A DNA stretch of 64,000 nucleotides, taken from positions 1 to 64,000 of the forward strand of contig JAHYJR010000004.1 in the NCBI GenBank assembly GCA_019429005.1, read 5' to 3'. Below are positions 58,138 through 64,000 of this stretch, in pieces. Numbering within the stretch: position 1 is the stretch's first letter; every line of letters starts with the position of its first letter. The notes under the pieces were generated by a model. That model was not told where the DNA came from, searched no databases, and saw only the letters and a program-made list of their open reading frames with translations. The DNA is from Nanobdellati archaeon. Lineage in GTDB: Archaea; EX4484-52; GLR71. A program made the position numbers and the translations under genes.

Positions 58138-59358
58138 ATGCAAGGAATGATGTGTGTAAGGTGTAAAGGAAAAGGGCTCTGTGGTAGAAACAACTGTCAG
58201 ATACTTGAAAAAACTAAAGCCTTAAAGACAATTACAGCACACATAAAAAAAGATTTTTCTGGTGTATCACCACCATCTATTTTTGTTGGAAGAATAGGAT
58301 ACCCAGATGTGTTTATGGGAACACTTGCACCTGTTGATGAGAAATACATAAATATTTGTGATGATGTCAAAGGCTGGTTTAAAAATAATATAAATATTGA
58401 TGATATCGTAAACATAAGAAGCCAAATGATAAATTCAAGAGCAAAAGTAAATGTTAAAAATACAAATAGATTCAAAAATGATATGCAAGAAATTGCAGCA
58501 TCAAACAAACCAATTGAAATTGAGGCAAGCTATAAAAAACCGCTTAATGTAACAATAAATTTGTATGAAAGAACGGCACCAGTTGGTCCAATTGGTGATC
58601 TTGAGAAATTCACAGTTTGCCAAAATATCAGCATATCTGGGAAAATTGATAAAATCATATCTGATACAGACCTTAAATCAATCTATTCGATAAATGAACT
58701 ATACAAGAAAAAAATTGACGAAAACATAATTACAAAACTCTTTTCTTCAGGAACGCTTGGCGTACAAAAAGAAAGAAAACTTGTACCTACAAGATGGGCA
58801 ATAACTGCTGTTGATGATATTTTAGGGAAAAAACTTATAGAAGATGTGAAAAAATTTGAGATTGTTGATGATTTCTATGTTTATTCAGCTGAATATCTTG
58901 GAAACCATTTTGAGATTATTTTAATACCTTCTATATGGCAATTTGAAAACATTGAAGTTACATATTCAAAAAGTTTCTGGAACCCAACGAATGACATTGT
59001 AATCTATGCAGATTATGAGAATTATACCGGTCGAAAAACGTATGCCTCTAATGTGACAGGTGCATATTATTCTGCAAGACTTGCCGTTCTTGAAAAACTA
59101 TCAAAGGTCAAAAGACAAGCTTCAGTTCTTGTATTAAGAGAAATATATGATGATTACCACACACCTCTTGGAGTATGGATAATACGTGAAACAGTTAGAG
59201 ATGCATTAAAAGGAAAACCTCTTAGATTCCAATCTTTTGAGGGTGTAAAAACATACTTAAAAACAAGATTGAAAACACCAATTGATGTATTTGTTAAAAA
59301 AAGTAAAGTCTTAAAAGAGTCAAAAGAACAGAAAAACCTTTTTGCATATTTAAAATGA
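58138..59358 (+). CDS. nreA: Nre family DNA repair protein
   Basis: CxxCKGxxLCGxxxC, SPPSIFVG..GYP, R.LVPTRW.ITAVDD, PLGVW.IRE, C-terminal PIP box QKNLFAY. Confidence 0.93.
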   Translation: MQGMMCVRCKGKGLCGRNNCQILEKTKALKTITAHIKKDFSGVSPPSIFVGRIGYPDVFMGTLAPVDEKYINICDDVKGWFKNNINIDDIVNIRSQMINSRAKVNVKNTNRFKNDMQEIAASNKPIEIEASYKKPLNVTINLYERTAPVGPIGDLEKFTVCQNISISGKIDKIISDTDLKSIYSINELYKKKIDENIITKLFSSGTLGVQKERKLVPTRWAITAVDDILGKKLIEDVKKFEIVDDFYVYSAEYLGNHFEIILIPSIWQFENIEVTYSKSFWNPTNDIVIYADYENYTGRKTYASNVTGAYYSARLAVLEKLSKVKRQASVLVLREIYDDYHTPLGVWIIRETVRDALKGKPLRFQSFEGVKTYLKTRLKTPIDVFVKKSKVLKESKEQKNLFAYLK

Positions 59359-59435
59359 AAAAAATCATAAAAAAAAGATATAATACAATATTATTATTTA
59401 AAATGATTCTTATAGTACATTAATTCGCAAAAATT

Positions 59436-60068
59436 GTGATAAATATGAGATTTAATTATAAAGCTGAAACTGTTGATGACAGAGTCAGCAAGATAAACAT
59501 ATTTATTAATCAGTATAGTACTATTTTGGAAATTAACACAGCTATTAGAGATAAAGCTTTAGAATTGATAGATTATCTAAAAAAAGACTATGATTACAAA
59601 GAATTCTTAACAAACACAAAAAAAAGTAGTGAAAGCTATGCCGCTGGAGCACTTCATGCAGCTGAAATATTACTTAAGGAAAATACAGATTATGATAACT
59701 CTTTAAGACATCTTTTGGAACAGAAATATAGAATCTGTAAAACATCAACTAAAATTCGCTCAAATTCAATACTGTTATTTTATAGCTCAAAAAGGATTAA
59801 TAAAATTAAAAAACTTGCTAATATATATTCAGAAATCATTTCAGAAAATAATACAATTGGTGAAAAAATAGATGAAACTATAAATTGGCTTAAAATCTAT
59901 AAGTTACCATATCTTGTAAAAAATAATTTTAATGAAGAAACAGTAGCTAGTGCAATTGTCAGTGCAGTTTTAAAATACAATAATATTCCTTTCGATATAG
60001 AACTGTTAGATATACCTGAAACTAATTTTGATTATAATATATTCCTAGAAATTATAACTATATTATAA
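59436..60068 (+). CDS. Cyclin-fold / TFB-core-like protein lacking a Zn ribbon
   Basis: Two helical repeats ending SESYAAGALHAA and EETVASAIVSAV resemble TFIIB cyclin repeats. Confidence 0.5.
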   Translation: MINMRFNYKAETVDDRVSKINIFINQYSTILEINTAIRDKALELIDYLKKDYDYKEFLTNTKKSSESYAAGALHAAEILLKENTDYDNSLRHLLEQKYRICKTSTKIRSNSILLFYSSKRINKIKKLANIYSEIISENNTIGEKIDETINWLKIYKLPYLVKNNFNEETVASAIVSAVLKYNNIPFDIELLDIPETNFDYNIFLEIITIL

Positions 60069-60240
60069 TTAAATCGTAATTTAATCAAAAAAATACTTTT
60101 TCTGCCAACAAACTATTATATTTTGCAAACATTGCCAAATTTATTGAAAAAACCACTAGAATTCTAAAAACAATACAGTTAAATGCCTTAAAAGATGCTG
60201 TTTTATTACTAAACACCTATTTGTATTTTAGGTGATTTGA

Positions 60241-61675
60241 TTGAGAGACACAAAATTAGGTTTTATAACTAAATAAAATATGTCACGTGTTGTTGACTTT
60301 TATGAAATAACAATGTCAAATGGATATTTCCAAGAAAATATGCATGAAGATACTGTTACATTTGATCTTTTTGTGAGGAATCTTCCTAAAAACAGAGGAT
60401 ACCTTGTCTCAGCTGGACTTGAACAGGCATTATCCTATCTTGAAAACATGACGTTTTGTGAAGACGCGATAGAACAATTAAAAGATCTTCCAAATTATGA
60501 TTTTAAAGATGATTTCCTTGATTATCTTGAAAAATTTGAATTCAAAGGCGATGTCTATGCAATAGGTGAAGGAAACTTAGTCTTTGGTCAAGAACCAATA
60601 CTTAGAATTACTGCACCAAGAATAGATGCACAACTTGTAGAATCCTATCTACTTACAACGATAAATCACCAAACTATGATTGCTTCAAAAACGTCAAGGA
60701 TTGTTCAGACTGCAGATAATAAAGTGGTAGTTGATTTTGGTTTAAGGCGAGCTCATGGACCCTATAGTAGTGTTTTAGGTTCAAGGGTAGCATATATAGC
60801 GGATGTCAAGCAACATCAAACATGTTTACAGCAGGTGAATTCGGCATACCACTCTCTGGAACTATGGCACATTCATGGGTAATTAGTTTTGATAGTGAGC
60901 TTGAATCTTTTCAAAAATATGCTAAAACATATCCAGACAACACAATAGCACTCATTGATACATATGATCCTGAAATAGGTGCACTAAATGCGTCAAAGCT
61001 CGGTGAAAAATTAAAGGATGTAAGACTTGATAGTGGAGACTTTGTAAAACTCTCAAAAAAAGTAAGAAAAATACTTGATTCAAATGGTGCAAGTCATGCG
61101 ATAATAACTGCAAGTAATGATCTTAATTAATATAAGATTAATCAGCTGTTAAATGAAGGCACTCCAATTGATAGCTTTGGTGTTGGAACAGACATGATGG
61201 TGTCAAAAGATGTGCCAGAATTAAGCGGTGTGTATAAGCTTGTCGAAGATGTGGATAATAAAAGGGTAATCCAGTGCCTAAGATTAAGTTGAGTGAGGGC
61301 AAGATAACATACCCATGTAAAAAACAGGTGTTTAGGATTGAAGATGCAGACAGTATATATGTTAAAGATGTAAATGGCTCATAAAAATTGTCCGATATGT
61401 GGGGTGTATGCAGACAGTATATATGTTAAAGATGTAAATGGCTCTTGAATATGAAGATGTGAATGAGATGTATGACAATGCAAGACCTTTGCTTGTAAAG
61501 GTGATGGATAAAGGTCATAACATATCTGAAATACCCGAACTAAAAACAATACAGAATACATTACAGACTGAACTTTCAAGACTGACTGCTGAATATAAGA
61601 CAATAAGAAATCCTAAAATATGTTGTTGAGATATCGCCAGAACTTAGAAATCTTGTGTTGGAACTTAAAGGATGA
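60241..61675 (+). pseudogene. pncB: Nicotinate phosphoribosyltransferase, multiply disrupted
   Basis: DFYEITM, DFGLRRAHG, GTMAHSW, LIDTYD, VRLDSGD, SNDLN* (TAA 61128-61130), FGVGT; frameshifts near 60800, 61270, 61370-61440 and 61620. Confidence 0.92.
61344..61444 (+). repeat. 37-bp direct repeat flanking a 27-bp insert
   Basis: ATGCAGACAGTATATATGTTAAAGATGTAAATGGCTC at 61344-61380 and 61408-61444. Confidence 0.93.
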
Positions 61676-61705
61676 ATCTTAAAGGATTCATCTTTTTTTA
61701 TTTTT
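61671..61705 (+). terminator. Hairpin plus T-tract terminator after pncB
   Basis: GATGAATCT-TAAA-GGATTCATC followed by T runs. Confidence 0.6.
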
Positions 61706-61782
61706 TTGTTAGATTTCTAAAATCAACTTATTTAAATTTTTGTCTCTAACTTTTAATTAAGGCTAAAGTAAAAACAAAATAT

Positions 61783-61970
61783 ACGGCAGTGGTTTAGTCT
61801 GGCTATGACATGGGCTTCCCACAACCGCATAATCGGTTGACGCTTAGGGCGACTGTACCTTTGGCACAGTCACCAACTCTTATCACAACGTGATAATTGA
61901 TTAATGTTTAAAATGATTATGCGTTTGGAAATAGCCTATAACCCGGGTTCAAATCCCGGTTGCCGTACCA
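61783..61970 (+). tRNA. tRNA-Gly(CCC) with 111-nt intron (61822-61932) at position 37/38
   Basis: ACGGCAG/TTGCCGT acceptor plus A-CCA, TGGGC-TT-CCC-A...A-GCCTA, CCGGG-TTCAAAT-CCCGG; strict BHB (TTCC/GGAA central helix, CGCATAATC/GATTATGCG outer helix). Confidence 0.92.
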
Positions 61971-62150
61971 ATTTTATAAATTACTTAAAAAAAGTATCTG
62001 ATACGTTAGAATAAAATGCTTCTGAAGCTATTAAAGTTTCTACAGATTCGGGATGATTTTTGAGATATTGATTTAACCCGATACCAACTTCATAATATTT
62101 CTCACGAGGTTTCTGAAAAGGTGCTAAAAGCACATCAACTAATCCAAACC

Positions 62151-62735
62151 CTATTTCATGACGCCAAGTTCTCTTAGTTCTTCTTTGAGTTTCTCAACAC
62201 CAGCTACAACCTGTTCAATTGATCTTGCACCTGTTATGACAATTTTTCCAGAACTAAATATTAAGAATACAACTTTTGGATCAAAGATTCTATGAACAAC
62301 ACCTGGAAATTGTTCAGGCTCATATTCACAGTCACTAAGCTTAAATACAATAGTGTTAAGTTCTAAATGTGATTTAAGATTTCCGGATGCTACAATGTTT
62401 ACGATTTCCATATCAAGACGATCAGAAACATCTACACCAATATCTCTAAAATTCTGTAGAGCAATCTCAATTGCTTTTTTTGCATCTTCTTTAGATCTTG
62501 TTCCAGAACAGATTATTTTACCTGTACTAAATATCAGATTACTTGCTTTTGGTTCTTTAACACGATAAACAAGTCCAGGGAATGATTCCGGAGAATATTC
62601 TGCTTCAGAAAGCTCTGATGCAAGTGTTTCAAGAGCAAATTTTGTGTGTGTATCACAAGAAACAACAACATTTCTTATATTTATCTCATTTTCATCTAAC
62701 TTTTTTTTAAGATTGAGGTTTGTATTATCAGCCAT
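62151..62735 (-). CDS. tbp: TATA-box-binding protein
   Basis: Two repeats: NVV.S...YSPESFPGLVYR..IFSTGK and NIVAS..YEPEQFPG..IFSSGKIVITG. Confidence 0.98.
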   Translation of the reverse strand: MADNTNLNLKKKLDENEINIRNVVVSCDTHTKFALETLASELSEAEYSPESFPGLVYRVKEPKASNLIFSTGKIICSGTRSKEDAKKAIEIALQNFRDIGVDVSDRLDMEIVNIVASGNLKSHLELNTIVFKLSDCEYEPEQFPGVVHRIFDPKVVFLIFSSGKIVITGARSIEQVVAGVEKLKEELRELGVMK

Positions 62736-62798
62736 TTTAACACCATTTAATATCATTAAGTATAATAACAGATTTATCAATAAAACTATATATAATAA

Positions 62799-63026
62799 TT
62801 ATTCTTTTGATTCATATATATTTACAAGATTATTACCCCTTAAAAGAATAGACCCTAATTTTACAGTCTTATCTGTACTAATTTCTTCAGTCTCTTCTAA
62901 AAGAAGATTTAAGTTATAATCAAAGGCTTTCAAAACACCTATTATAGTTGTTCCATTTTTCATTTGAATCTCAACTTTCTTGTTATCAAATACAACAAGA
63001 TTATCAAGAGGTCTTTTATCATCCAT
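62799..63026 (-). CDS. Sm-like (Lsm) archaeal protein
   Basis: RPLD, GVLKAFD..LNLLL, ILLRGNN. Confidence 0.95.
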   Translation of the reverse strand: MDDKRPLDNLVVFDNKKVEIQMKNGTTIIGVLKAFDYNLNLLLEETEEISTDKTVKLGSILLRGNNLVNIYESKE

Positions 63027-63249
63027 ATAATCACGTATACTATTTATTTATAAAGACTTTATTCACCCTAAAACTATTTATATATATCAGTTATCAATTG
63101 CATAAAATATCAGATTAACAAAGTTTAACTGTAAATATTCAATACATATTAAAAACTTCTGCTACAAATTTATTTTAATCTGATAGTCCAATCATAATTT
63201 AAGCATAATAATAAAAGATTATAACGATTCAAGAAATATAGGTGTAATA

Positions 63250-64000
63250 ATGGTCAAAGAAAAAAATCAGAATGAAAATAAAATACCTGAAGTCAATATA
63301 GGTGTCGTAGGACATGTTGATCATGGAAAAACAACACTTACAAGCACACTTACAGGAAAATTTACAGATGAACATTCTGAAGAATTAAAAAGAGGTATCA
63401 CAATCAGACTAGGATACGCTGATATAGAAATTAGAAAATGTCCAAAATGTGAACCACACCTTGCAACAACACGTTTCAAAAAATGTTTCTTTTGTGGTAG
63501 CGATACAGAATATATAAGAACAGTATCTTTTGTAGATGTACCAGGTCATGAAACGCTTATGGCAACAGTTTTAACAGGAGCATCCTTAATGGATGGTGCA
63601 ATACTTGTAATTGCTGCAAATGAACCATGCCCACAACCACAAACTGAAGAACATCTTGAGGCACTTAATATTTCAGGCATAAAAAACATAATTATTATAC
63701 AAAATAAGATTGATCTTGTAAATGAAGAAGAAGCAAAAAAGAATTATAACGAGATTCAAAAATTAATTAAAGGCAGTGTTGCAGAAAATGCACCAATTAT
63801 ACCAATATCAGCTATACATGGATCTAATATAAGTATATTAATGGATGCAATAAATGATTTTATTAAAAAACCTGAAAGAGATACAAACAAAACACCTAGG
63901 ATGCTTATTGTTCGAAGTTTTGATATCAATAAACCAGGAACAAAAATAAATAAACTTTCTGGAGGTATTATCGGTGGAAGTATCCTTGAAGGCGTATTAA
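63250..64000 (+). CDS. eif2g: Translation initiation factor aIF2 gamma subunit (partial, runs off window)
   Basis: Hand translation: [30 protein letters not shown], Zn knuckle, [34 protein letters not shown]. Confidence 0.97.
   Translation, partial: MVKEKNQNENKIPEVNIGVVGHVDHGKTTLTSTLTGKFTDEHSEELKRGITIRLGYADIEIRKCPKCEPHLATTRFKKCFFCGSDTEYIRTVSFVDVPGHETLMATVLTGASLMDGAILVIAANEPCPQPQTEEHLEALNISGIKNIIIIQNKIDLVNEEEAKKNYNEIQKLIKGSVAENAPIIPISAIHGSNISILMDAINDFIKKPERDTNKTPRMLIVRSFDINKPGTKINKLSGGIIGGSILEGVL

Noticed and set aside
61344-61444. Mini CRISPR array
   Set aside because: Only two copies, the repeat is pncB coding sequence, and there is no leader or cas gene; kept only as an insertion scar
61981-62148. 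Open minus-strand frame FGLVDVLLAPFQKPREKYY..FFK between tbp and tRNA-Gly
   Set aside because: No convincing start, promoter or motif; possibly a gene remnant but not supportable
36-62919. Many short ORF-track entries overlapping real genes (e.g. 36..236, 1185..1400, 4747..5076, 7890..8321, 13294..13581, 27484..27786, 52321..52749, 52957..53358, 56485..56901, 62644..62919)
   Set aside because: Antisense or off-frame shadows of well-supported genes, with no recognisable motifs

Overview
Very AT-rich archaeal chromosome segment. TBP, Sm, aIF2-gamma, aCPSF1, proteasome beta, Nob1, histone, MC1, eS6, eL15, Rpp30/Pop5 and BHB-intron tRNAs mark it as archaeal; the gene content suggests a DPANN-type lineage (inference). 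From left to right it holds: (1) a restriction-modification end (RhuM-like fragment, type I HsdM, HhaI-like C5 methyltransferase); (2) housekeeping and hypothetical genes up to hisS; (3) an approximately 10 kb accessory cluster (14.4-24.7 kb) with only the first three His-pathway enzymes (HisG/HisE/HisI), a second complete HisRS, a nitrilase, a MoaA-like radical SAM enzyme, an unknown 475-aa protein, a HAD phosphatase, two SLOG/LOG proteins, a PRTase and a kinase; (4) GH15, an antiporter, tRNA-Glu, mutL/mutS, rlmH and a pilin-like cluster; (5) a core informational region. The cluster in (3) is the best candidate for an undescribed nucleotide/nucleoside-tailoring system. Other notable signals: tandem repeats made of BRE/TATA promoter units, a tRNA-Met intron that looks like a C/D guide for its own C34, a 111-nt structured tRNA-Gly intron, two unannotated structured RNAs flanking the RNase P protein genes (an H-type pseudoknot, and a G3.U70/ACCA minihelix), and many pseudogenes with Glu-to-stop changes and ATA/ATC starts. 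All family calls come from motif recognition by eye; no database searches were run.
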